Assembly (NCBI GenBank): GCA_950097015.1
Contig: CATNEN010000038.1
Coordinates: forward strand, 1,674,001 to 1,738,000
DNA: 64,000 nucleotides
Source: Macrostomum hystrix
Lineage: Eukaryota > Animalia > Platyhelminthes
Direction: 5' to 3'
Positions 1 to 12,036 of the stretch are shown piece by piece; position 1 is the stretch's first letter; every line of letters starts with the position of its first letter. A program made the position numbers and the translations under genes. Below the pieces are notes generated by a model. The model was not told where the DNA came from. It worked only from the letters and a program-made list of their open reading frames with translations, and did no database searches.

Positions 1-871
1 AAAGATTTAGATGGAGGAGTTTTTTGTAAGTTTTTAATAGAGCATCTGTTCTTTATATGGCAGTGCTGCAGTTCCTATGTCTTCTGACACTGCTCACACA
101 CCTACGTTACATATGAGTTCTCTGATCAGATTGCAGCTTAATCTTGCTTGCAGTTCATGTATATTTCTATCTACCCAAATATTTGCATGAATGCCTCAAC
201 TATCATTTCTAAGTTTTACCGTTTTTATGAGGAGTGGCTCATCACAGTGCTCATAGTCTCTATATTAACCATGTGAAGCCGGGTGACATTGCGATAAACA
301 CTGTATTGACAATTTTTATGAGGCCAATTTCTGTATACCTCTGCTGGATCGTTACCTGTGAATTCAAACACCTGCTATCTTTCATTGCAATGAATGTAAC
401 GACAAGCAATGCCGCAGACCATTCTACTTCTTCATGAAATCATTTAACAGGATAGATCGATGGCGCAATATATCATTTGCCTTTTTCGTGACCACTGGAA
501 TCGCTAAGTATGAGTGTCTACTATGGCTACCCGACTATGGGATCTAGAGGTATTCGTCAGTTACAGCTTTTGTGTCAATTTGGCTTTGAATTGAAGTCAC
601 AAGATTGAGTGCAATTTATTCCGCTTGTGCATTAATAGCCCATAAGATTCATATCCCAAGCTTTGTACTCGAAATAAAAAAGGAATATTTTTAGAGTTAA
701 TAAGATCTCTAAAAGCTGTTAAAGCTTTTAGAGAATTGCGATCGAGGAAACTGAGAATCAGCGAACTTTTAAGCTCTCGCTGAGAAAGGTCAAGACCTTT
801 TTACGATTATTTTGAGTTTACTTGTCAGACTTCAACACAAGCCAAAGAGTTCTATTACTTAATGACTGACC

Positions 872-3333
872 TCATGACGGCACATTCGCTTCGCTAGCAA
901 TCGACGGATGCGGCCGGTGTCCCGACGGATGCCTCTGCTTGATATATTTCTCAACATAGCTCTTCTCACCTCTGGGGTCGTGCACCTGATCCGGCTCAGT
1001 TGCGGCGGACCCTTCCGGTGCTGTCCAGAAAGGCATGTGCGGCTGCAAATTGCGCTCAACCTCGCGAGCCATCCAACGGGCCAGAGGCCGGTCGAAGCAC
1101 TCCCGCAGCTGGAACTCTAGATTTCCTCTAGGCAGCAGCATGACGTCTTGCTTGTGCCCAGTCAGATGGATGATGGGCTTCAGCAGTAATCTTGTTACAC
1201 TGAAGGAACAAGAGCAAGTGTACCGCACTTAAGAAGCAATCCGACGTTTAGCGACGTCGGTGACGGGCGAATTAAAACATCAGCGCAAAACCGTCGAGAA
1301 ACGAGAAGCAAAGAACAATGGCTGGACCTAGGTCTAATGTACATGCTACCGTTATTCAGACACGTCACAACAGTTAGTCGTCGCCTGTAAATTCCTGCCC
1401 ATCTTTCTTTATCCATCCTTCACACAAAAACACGGAACATGGTTTAGGCTGAGTTGTATTTCTCAATCCGTGGTCTTCGACTTCACGAGCCTGAGCACGA
1501 CCGACTGAGGCTACAACACACACAACTGCTTATCAGCCGAGTCAGTTGAGATTTATAGTGGAGTCTGATCAAAAACACATTTTAGCTAGTTTAAATGTTA
1601 AAAATAACACTTGCCTGTCCATGTTTAGTGTCAAAGCATAGCTTATCCTCGAAGGGAAATACCGCAGCATCTCGCCAAACTGGGACACTGCGTCAGTGCG
1701 GATGTGACTCATGCGCATACCGGTGGTGTCAAAAACAATCACTAGAGTGTGCTGATCCTCAGGAATGGTCTTCTCGGCCTCACGGACCGCGAGTATCATG
1801 TGAAGGAAGTAGCTGTGTACCTGCTCCGGCTGGACCCCGGTCTCGAGGTCCTGATTTAGGCAGGTGTACAGAACAGGTCTGCCCACAAGGTCGAAGCCGA
1901 CCTGTGGAATGCACAAATTTGGCATTGTTGTTTTTACTAGCTGTGAGGGCGCAGCCGCGGAAAGAAGGCTTGGGGGCTTGTCGTGCGATTCCCGCCCTTG
2001 AGGGCCAACCTCCAAGGCACAGTGAAGTGTTCACTGCCTGACGATGAGAAAGTCAGGACGAATGTACACACCTGCGTGAGCGTGTGCCTGTGTAAGGTAT
2101 TATTGTGCGTGTGTGCTCCGGAGTCAGCGAAATAGGCAGAATTGCTTCCTCGCTGGCTGCGGGTCTAGTGTCACCAAATAATATTCCAGCAGCCCTTATG
2201 CAATTATTATTCCCATTGTTATTATGTCTATAATAATTCTTATTATTTTACGAACAGTGGATGTAATTAATTTTATTAGTAATGGACGTTAAATCTCTAT
2301 TTAATAGTTCGTGTACATTATGAAACTGCTTTGTACCTGGCGGAAGCTGTGATATCCGGGTTTGCGAGTACAATCGGTGCAGGCATTGATGTAATCCAGC
2401 GAGTACTTTCTGTGAACGGCGCGGGCTGTCAGCAGGCGCTCCAGGCTGGACGGGAAGTCGCATTGGCACCTGGCCAGCAGGCGAATCAGGAACTGGTCGT
2501 TCAGGAGGATGGCGCGCTCGTTCTGCATTGTTTTTTTTTCAAGAGGAAAATTCGAAAGACTGTGCTGCTGAAGCAAGTAGGATTATGCCACATGTACTCG
2601 AAGTTCATGTTACATCTAAAAATGAAAGTATATAAACTGTAACAAACTCCTGTCTAACAAGTATCACTCCTCCTGTCTAACAAGTATCACCCCTCCTGTC
2701 TAACAAGTATCACTCCTCCTGTCTAACAAGTATCACTCCTCCTGTCTAACAAGTATCACTCCTCCTGTCTAACAAGTATCACTCCTCCTGTCTAACAAGT
2801 ATCACTCCTCCTGTCTAACAAGTATCACTCCTCCTGTCTAACAAGTATCACTCCTCCTGTCTAACAAGTATCACTCCTCCTGTCTAACTGCTTCTGACTA
2901 AAATGCATCGATTCTGTCTAACAGATATCGCTAATGTAACCGCCGAAATATTACTCAGCTATTTAGGTGCCTAGAGCATACCTTAGGTGCCTATAGAGTG
3001 GCGAAGATAGAGCCAAATAAAAAACCCGACCTCGGTAAATTCTAGCAGTTTCAGGGCAGCGGAATTGGCCTCGCAGTCGGACGCCCCCTTGATCTGGGCC
3101 TCTCTCACGTGCTCCTTGAACTCGGTGAGTTTGTCTGACGCCTGGCGAAAGTTTCTGTCGCAGCAGGCGCAGCTGACGCGTTGCATAACAGGCTCTGAGC
3201 ACAACACCATTCTGCGGTGAAACTTCACGGACCAGATTAGATTCAGCATTGCCGTCTCCTCTTTCGAGTCATCGCTGGAAGCCGTGGATTCTGTGCTGGA
3301 CGATACACTAGGCTCCGCTGAGGGAGACGACAT
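872..3333 (-). CDS. CRAL-TRIO (Sec14-like) lipid-binding domain protein, 4 exons (3031-3333, 2337-2522, 1615-1901, 872-1199), 367 aa
   Basis: Exons join in frame (1104 nt including stop). Motifs LNDQFLIRLL (CRAL-TRIO N), GFDLVGRPVLY, VIVFDTTGMRMSH, YFPSRI and LLKPII are typical of Sec14/CRAL-TRIO. Intron 3 needs a GC donor (AG|GCAAGT). Confidence 0.8.
1440..1518 (-). mobile_element. Degenerate tRNA-like SINE head fragment in CRAL-TRIO intron 3
   Basis: Minus strand GTTGTAGCCTCAGTCGGT...GGATTGAGA resembles the A/B-box head of the SINE at 6189. Confidence 0.35.
1945..2245 (+). mobile_element. SINE family B, 5'-truncated copy in CRAL-TRIO intron 2
   Basis: Shares GAAGGCTTGGGGGCTTGTCGTGC...CCAAGGCACAGTGAAGTGT...CTGACGATGAGAAAGTCAGG with the copies at 48390 and 62520; ends in an ATT-rich tail. 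Confidence 0.8.
2645..2888. repeat. 23-bp minisatellite (CCTGTCTAACAAGTATCACTCCT)n, ~10 copies, CRAL-TRIO intron 1
   Basis: Near-perfect direct tandem repeat. Confidence 0.97.
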
Positions 3334-3612
3334 TCTCACACTGGCCGATAATTATACCACCAAGTACACGTGCAAATTTGCGCGATTTCAATAACAGACA
3401 ACAGCTCTATAACTGCTGCATCAAGGGCTTTGCTGAAGATGACTGAGTCTCACAGATAATTCTATGGGCAAAGCTTATGACTTTAATGGGGTACGTTTCG
3501 CATGGGTTCATCACATGAGTACTGTTTTTTAGTCTAAACATCTCATGATGACAATACATGAATGTACAAATACAAGATATGTTAAGCCTCGGTTTCCTGC
3601 CAGTGCAATCAT

Positions 3613-4600
3613 GGAATCTGAAAGTCTGAATCCCGCAGGGAGAGTGGGATCTGAGAGTCTGAATCCCGCAGGGAGAGTGGGATCTGAGAGTCTGAATCCC
3701 GCAGTGAGAGCGGGATCTGAGAGTCTGAATCCCGCAGCGAGAGTGGGATCTGAGAGTCTGAATCCCGCAGTGAGAGCGGGATCTGAGAGTCTGAATCCCG
3801 CAGTGAGAGTGGGATCTGAGAGTCTGAATCCCGCAGTGAGAGCGGGATCTGAGAGTCTGAATCCCGCAGTGAGAGTGGGATCTGAGAGTGAATCCCGCAG
3901 TGAGAGTGGGATCTGAGAGTGAATCCCGCAGTGAGAGTGGGATCTGAGAGTCTGAATCCCGCAGTGAGAGCGGGATCTGAGAGTCTGAATCCCGCAGCGA
4001 GAGTGGGATCTGAGAGTCTGAATCCCGCAGTGAGAGTGGGATCTGAGAGTCTGAATCCCGCAGCGAGAGTGGGATCTGAGAGTCTGAATCCCGCAGCGAG
4101 AGTGGGATCTGAGAGTCTGAATCCCGCAGCGAGAGTGGGATCTGAGAGTCTGAATCCCGCAGCGAGAGTGGGATCTGAGAGTGAATCCCGCAGCGAGAGT
4201 GGGATCTGAGAGTCTGAATCCCGCAGTGAGAGTGGGATCTGAGAGTCTGAATACCGCAGCGAGAGTGGGATGTGAGAGTCTGAATCCCGCAGTGAGAGTG
4301 GGATCTGAGAGTGAATCCCGCAGTGAGAGTGGGATCTGAGAGTCTGAATACCGCAGTGAGAGTGGGATCTGAGAGTCTGAATCCCGCAGCGAGAGTGGGA
4401 TCTGAGAGTCTGAATCCCGCAGTGAGAGCGGGATCTGAGAGTCTGAATCCCGCAGCGAGAGTGGGATCTGAGAGTGAATCCCGCAATGAGAGTGGGATCT
4501 GAGAGTGAATCCCGCAGCGAGAGTGGGATCTGAGAGTCTGAATACCGCAGCGAAAGTGGGATCTGAGAGTCTGAATCCCGCAGTGAGACTGGGATCTGAA
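3613..4600. repeat. 33-bp minisatellite (GGGATCTGAGAGTCTGAATCCCGCAGTGAGAGT)n with 31-bp variants, ~30 copies
   Basis: Tandem repeat; the ORFs across it are repeat artefacts. Confidence 0.97.
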
Positions 4601-5128
4601 ACACTAAATCCCTTAGAGTGGTTGAATCTGACAGTCTACATTCCAGAGTACGTTGAGATCTGACAGAACAAACTCAGAATTTGTTCACAGAACTCCGCAT
4701 ACAATAAAATAACATGCAGAACTATCGACTCCAACGAAAAAATTCTTTCCCGTGATCCACGTGTGAACAGAGATTATCAAGGATCCGAGAAAATCTTTAT
4801 AATAACGGCAGAATATAAGTTGTGCAGTTTGACTGTCGCCAGTGGCGTGTACTATGTTAAAGGATTATTGACAGCAGTCGAGTGAACAACTGGAACTGTT
4901 CTCAACTTTTACAGTTTTAGATTTGACCACAATAGTGCGAGCGCGTAAAAAAAACTCACACCGAAATTGAAACAGCAGACACTGTGTTTTCAGTTCCAGC
5001 TTTCTCAGTAATCCAAGCACATCTGCCATATTCAAAGCAGAATTTCGAATCAAAGATTCGCATTTTGTATTTCTGGCACCAGAACTTTATCTATCTGTCT
5101 CAGCATGAGGGCATCGGTCAGGAATCAA

Positions 5129-5626
<498 letters not shown>

Positions 5627-5784
5627 TCATTTCGAATGTTTGAATTTGTCAGACACTTCTGATAGTAGCGAGTGCAAGTTGCTAGTTTAAGTTTGAGATA
5701 TCTTTAAATTCGAACAGTGCATATTTTGTAGTCATCAAAGCTGAGGACAATCAACACTGTCCTAGATGAGGCATAGACGTATAT

Positions 5785-5962
5785 TTATTATTATTTGCAT
5801 GAGGGATGCGGGCAATGGCACACTATTTAGTGATACCTGACCCGCAGCCAGCGAGGATGCAATTCTGCCCATTTCGCTGACTCCTGAGCATACATGCTCA
5901 CACAGGTGTGTACATTTGTCATGACTTTCTCATCGTCAGGCAGTGTACACTTTCACTGTGCT
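5785..5962 (-). mobile_element. SINE family B 3' fragment
   Basis: Matches 62520-62730 and 48390-48600 (GCGGGCAATGGCACA...GACTTTCTCATCGTCAGGCAGTGTACACTTTCACTGTG). Confidence 0.75.
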
Positions 5963-6188
5963 TCATGTATGATTTGATATGCAAAGACATAAATTTAAGT
6001 CCATTAAAAAACTGTTTAGCTGCGAGTTAAAAGCATTGCCAATATATTAACAATTTAGGCCTATTATATCAATGTACTGGCCTTTTATAGTTATTATAGT
6101 TTCAAGAAACAACTAGCTACTATATTGATTGCATGCAAGAAAGTTTTTATGCCTATGGCACTACTAATAAATTAGTTCTAGTAGTGCC

Positions 6189-6492
6189 AGAGGTTGTAGC
6201 CTAGTGGTTAGGGCGTCGGACTCACGACTTGAAGGTCGGGGGTTCAATTCCCGACTCCCCTGAACAATTTGTGTCCTTTAGCAAGACACTTAACTCTGGA
6301 TTGCTTCAGTTCACCCAGCTGTTAAATGGGTACCAGCATCAGCTGGGATAATTGAAGGTGCGTGTGGCGTCCCCCCAGTCCATGGACTGAACAGCTGTAC
6401 GCAGCCTTCAGATGCGCCGCGCATTTGCTGCGGCTGTGCTTTCGGCTGCACATCTGACCCAATTGGGGCAGGTGTAATCAATTATTATTATA
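6189..6492 (+). mobile_element. tRNA-derived SINE family A, full length, CORE-like central domain
   Basis: A box TAGCCTAGTGG and B box GGTTCAATTCC. Centre GTGTCCTTTAGCAAGACACTTAAC...CACCCAGCTGTTAAATGGGTACC resembles the CORE-SINE domain. (ATT)n tail; related copies at 42345 and 52485. Confidence 0.85.
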
Positions 6493-6867
6493 ATTATAGT
6501 TCTAGTAGTTAGCTACTTTTAAGTGTTATTCCCAATACATTTATAAACTTAAGCACACATAGAAAAAATAGTGTTGTCATTTTTAATTATTCTTGATATC
6601 AAAATGATTATGCTTATATTTCCAGCATCCTGAGCCTCTAAATTAGTGAGAGATCAGTGGATATTCTAATAAATTAGACAAAAAACTAAATATTATATAT
6701 AGACAACAATACAGCCCAGCTGCAACACCAATCCACCATCCTGCCCCAGCGGTGACTTTAACTACTGGGCCAGCTACTAGAATAATGGGTTTATTAATAT
6801 CAGTAAGCATTGCTATTTGATTGTTTTTTACAGTGTTATTTATGCATCAATTGGAGCATCAAATTCT

Positions 6868-7293
6868 GGTACCTGGACACTTCGTCATCTTACAACTTTG
6901 TCATCCAGATGACGATCTGTCCAATATCTCAGAGGGTGGATGACGAAGAGACTTAGACTTGTGGACACTTCGTCATCTATAAAACAAAAGTTTTCAAAGT
7001 TAGAACAGAACCACCCCTCCCCACCTCCTCACATCGCGTTCGCACCTATCTTTCAACTCTTATAATGAAATCAGTTTTGACACCTCTTTTTGGCATTTTA
7101 AGATGTGAAGTGTGTTCACACCTCTGCCCCACCACCCCACCCTCACTTTATTGATGACGAACTTAATTGCTTATTTGTTATTAGTAGATGACGAACTGAC
7201 CAAACTTTAAAGCATGCCAATTGGCTGGATGACGAAGTGTCCTACCTTCCAAGTGGATGACGAAGTTGTAAGATGACTAAGTGTCTAAGATCC
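6868..7293. mobile_element. MITE with ~40-bp TIRs built from CTTCGTCATC subrepeats and an 8-bp TSD
   Basis: Left GGTACCTGGACACTTCGTCATCTTACAACTTTGTCATCCA pairs with right TGGATGACGAAGTTGTAAGATGACTAAGTGTCTAAGATCC. CAAATTCT flanks both sides (6860-6867, 7294-7301). Confidence 0.85.
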
Positions 7294-9490
7294 CAAATTC
7301 TTGCCTCAACAAATACCTGATGAGTTGTAAGACTTCAATATACTTGACAGAATCAATGGTTAGGAGATCTTTTCCCTGACAACAAGCTAGCCTGGATGTT
7401 CATTGGTTGGTCTAGTACAGAGAGGATTTCTTAAATTTTTCTTGAAGTTTAGTTGCAATACAATAAAATTCCCTATAACTAGATACAGGCAAAAACACAC
7501 ATGTTTGTGTTGTCAATCTACTTGGCTTTTAGAATGCTTTCGAATACAACCCCAATAGTCTATTTGAGACTGTGGCAAATCATGTTAGACAACAAAAGGT
7601 CTCATTTAAAAGCCAGGTTTCTGCTCATGTAGACTGCTTGAGAACTGCATTTTGGGAATCTGGAGACAGACATTAGAAAAATTAGAGCTCTTTTCTAAAT
7701 TGGATTACATTCCTTAAATCATCCATTCCTTTAAACATTGAAGCATTCAATATTATATTTAACAGTGAATAATTCGGTTTTTTGTCATATAGTGTAGTGC
7801 CTGAACTTAACTTAACTTTTCTTGCACTATACATGTAGCTGCAACAATTAAAGATAAACAAATTTTGAAAAAACCAAGTGAAATAACCTCATATCTACAT
7901 ACATCTGTTAAAAAAGATCTTTTTAAAACTAGCCTTAATAAATTGCAGGATTTTCAAGAATTGTATCTTACTACTGAGGCAGGCACAAGAAATATTTTAC
8001 CGAAATATACAAAAGTTGAATTTACGCCAAAATATCAGAAATTATTTAGCGAACATTTTATTTGTTTAAATGTGCTTGTCAACCCCCCACTCAACTACTT
8101 TATATATATCGTGGAATTTTGCCTTAAAGAGACTCGACATTGGTTGTCCCAAATATAAAGTGTGGTGTTAGGAAGAAATAGATCTGAAGAATAGTGAACT
8201 GAGTGAAATAAGTTGAGGTTGTTCTTGTGTTGGTTACTGATTTAGAATAATATATAGTAATGTGTTCTGAATAGGAAATGTTAACTATAAAAATAATATT
8301 TGTGTTGAACTGGACAAATTTAATCCATTGGAAGCTCAATAGGATTGCTTAAAAATCAGTGCATTTAGGGAATTATTATAAGGTGTCTTGCCACTCAGAC
8401 ACAAAATCGCTATCATACTTGTAGTTTACTCTATGGTTACTCTATAGATTGCTATATAGTAACCATATGACATAGTGAATGCAGAGTTGAATAAATAGTA
8501 AGAATATGAGATAGGGCTTTGTTTGTATATTTCTTAGAATTCAATTTCCCACGAAAAGTTAATATTTTGTTTAACTTTGTGTAAAATTGTTTAAATGCAC
8601 CTATTGTTTAACTGCACTGAAAAATAAAGGTTTTAATGAAGTCGCGAAGGTGAGGAGTAGCGGAAGTTTTTACTATAAATACACGAGAGAAAGAAGGGAG
8701 AAAAACAACGTTCATTTGTGCATTCAGAATAAAGAAAGCTTGAATCTTGAAGTGTTTGTCTTAAAGAGTTATTTGAGAAAGAGACATTGCAAAAGAGGAG
8801 TAACCAGAGTGAAGAATAGCTGTAAATCTAGATCCACTGGAAAGCCCAAGATGGACTGAAGACTGAATTGAAGACTGAACTGAAGACTGAATTGAAGACT
8901 GAATTGAAGAGTAGTTGAAGAGTAATTGAAGAGTGATAAAGATGGATAAAGATGGATAAAAGAGTGATAAAGATGAATAAAGACAGATATAGAAAAAGTT
9001 ATAAGTAAGAAACAAATAGAGGAGATAAATACCAGCCACATTATAATGCTACCAGATTGAATACATAATGCTACCAATTTGAATTGAAATAAGAAATATA
9101 AAAAGTGAATAAAATAAGAACATACTAAAAAGACAGTATTTGAATAAAAGAACTTTGGATAAACAACAGTAAGATTCTAATTAAAAGACCTAGAACAACT
9201 TTGGTGGCATTGTTAAGATTAATATTGAATAAGAAGGAAGCCCTACGACAACTTTGGTGACAGCAGTAGAATTAATTTAGCCCTACAACAAATAGCTAAA
9301 TTTATAATATTGCAGTTTTGCAGATAGGAAATAAAAAATAAAGAGAGAGGGCCTACGACACTACTTTAGTTGTTCTTGCATGATGTCATCTGATGGTGCC
9401 TCTTTGACTTCTAGGGCTTGTGACATTTTTTGCTATTGCTGTTGTTGTAATTAGAAGAAAAGATAGGCCTACAAATCATGTAGATATAAT

Positions 9491-9665
9491 GGACCCTAGT
9501 CACTTTGTCAAATGCTGTTTCGTCAAATCTTTGACAAAGTGACCAGAATTAAGAATTGCATAAATGTGTAAATGACAAAGTGACCAAAATTGCTGAGGCT
9601 AGAAATCTGCTTTTGTCAAAGTGACCAAGCTCTCTTGGCCATTTTGTTAGGCTAACTAGTTTTCA
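9491..9665. mobile_element. Degenerate MITE-like relic with inverted GTCACTTTGTCA/TGACAAAGTGAC subrepeats
   Basis: Repeated inverted subunits; the start GGACCCTAGTCA recurs at ~10758; no clear TSD. Confidence 0.4.
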
Positions 9666-12036
9666 AATATTTGTAAAATGTGATTGCAGTGTGCAACATG
9701 ACTATGATATGAACATGCAATAGGCCCTATGCAAAATTACAAAAACACTGCTACTTTAGACCTGCCCACCAATCCTCCGATCTAGCCCTCCACTTTTTTT
9801 TAAGGACATGCAAAGTAAACAGATAATTGACTACAATGTACCCCGCCCCATTCCATAGGCCTACATGTAAATAGAATAAGAAAGGATGGCTGCTATAAAG
9901 TAGGCCTAGACAATAAATAAACTTAATAAAGGTCAGAGATGGTGAAAACTGACAACCTAAAGGTGGAAATATAACTAGGCTTAGGCAAGTGTCTATGTCT
10001 CGCGCAGGCTTCAAAATGTGTGCCGTGTTTTATTTACTGACAAAAATCGTGTATTAACACTAACACACTAACAGAATATGACGCTCATTTTTAATATTTA
10101 TACCATAGCTCCGAATTCACGCGTGCAAAAGTTTTTACATTGTTTATCACTAAATAGACTACAAATAGACTTTATCATGAAATGCTTAACAATATTTACA
10201 CCTGACACAAAGTTGGAAAACTTGTCTAAGTCTAATTATTAAAAACGAGTATTTAAAAAAACGTTGTATGATTAGGTTATTTTAACAAACGTAACTTTCT
10301 TTTTCATTTAATTTTTAAGACAACTAAAAAGTAGCATGATAAGTCAAAGTGTAAAAAAATATATTGTTTTGCAAGAACTTCCTTTCTTATAACGAAATTC
10401 CCTAAACTGTTACTTTAAATATTTTTTATTTCAATGACTTAACGAAGAACAGGGTCAAAATTTAAAATATTACAAACCACATTTTACTTTTTTTTGTTCG
10501 CATGCATTCTCTTTACTATTCCTTAAGTTTTCATTCGAAGTATATTGTAGGGAAGATTTTAATTGCTTCTTCTTTGGTTCATTTCTAAATGCAATTTGGA
10601 AGTAAATGCTACTTGTAACAATTAGTTTTTACTAGCTAACAGCTGTTCATACTTTTATACCCTTTACTGGTCCCATTTTCTGTTACAATTATGTGTTATT
10701 AATTTCAATTTTTTAAAAGATTTCTAATATACGTTAATGCTACTTTGTAAAACGTTGGACCCTAGTCATTTATTACACAGTAAACTATACTCCTGTGTTA
10801 ATTTCTCCGGTATAACTACAACTGCACATCCAAATACATGTTATATAATAAAAAGACATCATTGAAAACTTGTCAAAGCTTTGTACTGATCACGAAGTGA
10901 GTGTGTTTAGTAGTTCCTTTGTAGCATTGCTGAATGTTTAATGAAAACCGCTTGGCGTTTTATATGTTTGCAATCTTAACACTTGACAAGTAATAGATGA
11001 AGCCAAAAATCGATAAAAATGTGCTAAAGTTTACTAGAGCCAAGCGAAAAATTACTTAGCTGAATGGCATTATAATTTTTTTCACTTATTCTTTATGCCC
11101 ATCAGTTGCAACTGCATAATGGTGTTTTAATTACTCTCTACAAGGGGAAATTACTGTGCATTTTAATCTACTTGTTTTCAACTATTCGCATGCACCTGCG
11201 ACGAACTAGAGTTCGTGTGCAGACGAGTTTTCCCAGAAGTCAGAAGAAATTATGCAAGACCAATAACGATTTCTTAAAGTCAACCACGGCTTGTCAGCGG
11301 CAGCACCAGGGTCCCGGTTACTTGTTCTCGACTCCAATGTGTTTAGTCTTCAGCTAATTAAAATGACTTAATTATTTAAAATATCTGTACTCCTTAGACT
11401 TTGGCTATATTCCGCTCCGACGCTCGCTCTTACGCGACAAACCGTCTTTCAAGTTATATTTAAATTTGCGCCAGGTTTCTAGGAAAGATAAAGTAAACAA
11501 AAAATAAATAGTGACATCGTCACACACCAATTAACTTTAAGGTAATAGGCAGAGATGGACGAGTCCAGATCTTGTGCTTAAGTTCCTAAACTTGAATGTA
11601 CGACGAGGCCAAATTAATTTTGGGGCACTTCAGCACAATGTGCAGAATAGCTGACTGCCGCAAAATTATGTGAGTAGTCTCCACAGCCCTGCAGGCAAAC
11701 GTACGTTGTTTATAATTTACGTTGTTTATAATCTGCAAGTTCAGGAGTTTCAATCGTGATTTCTTAATTTGCTAATCGTACCCTATTCTAGTTAATCTAA
11801 AATTCACTTAACAAAAAGTAAATGCAAGCAATCAGTTTTACGAACTGTCTATGGAAAATTTACTGTATAGCTAAGCAGCTGTCAAAATTCCGTCTAGCTG
11901 GTTGTCTACCAAATATAAAGAAGAGCTCAAAACTTGATATAGTTAGCATGTTAAAGAACTGCTAACCAAAATCGATAACGTTTCTTGCTTTCTACTGATC
12001 AGATACCAAGTAATAAGAAGGAACGCAATTATTTCA

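Noticed and set aside
2036-2060. Hammerhead ribozyme core (CTGACGA...GAAA) in SINE B
   Set aside because: Only 3 nt between the core strands, so no stem II; folds better as a simple hairpin.
3407-4604. CRISPR-like array (33-bp partly palindromic repeats) or long ORFs
   Set aside because: Head-to-tail repeats with no unique spacers, eukaryotic context, no cas genes.
6189-6260. tRNA gene
   Set aside because: Stems are imperfect and the sequence continues into a repeated SINE body with an (ATT)n tail.
7865-11357. Short ORFs in the AT-rich interval
   Set aside because: Low complexity, non-ATG starts and no motif similarity; probably intronic or intergenic with decayed repeats.
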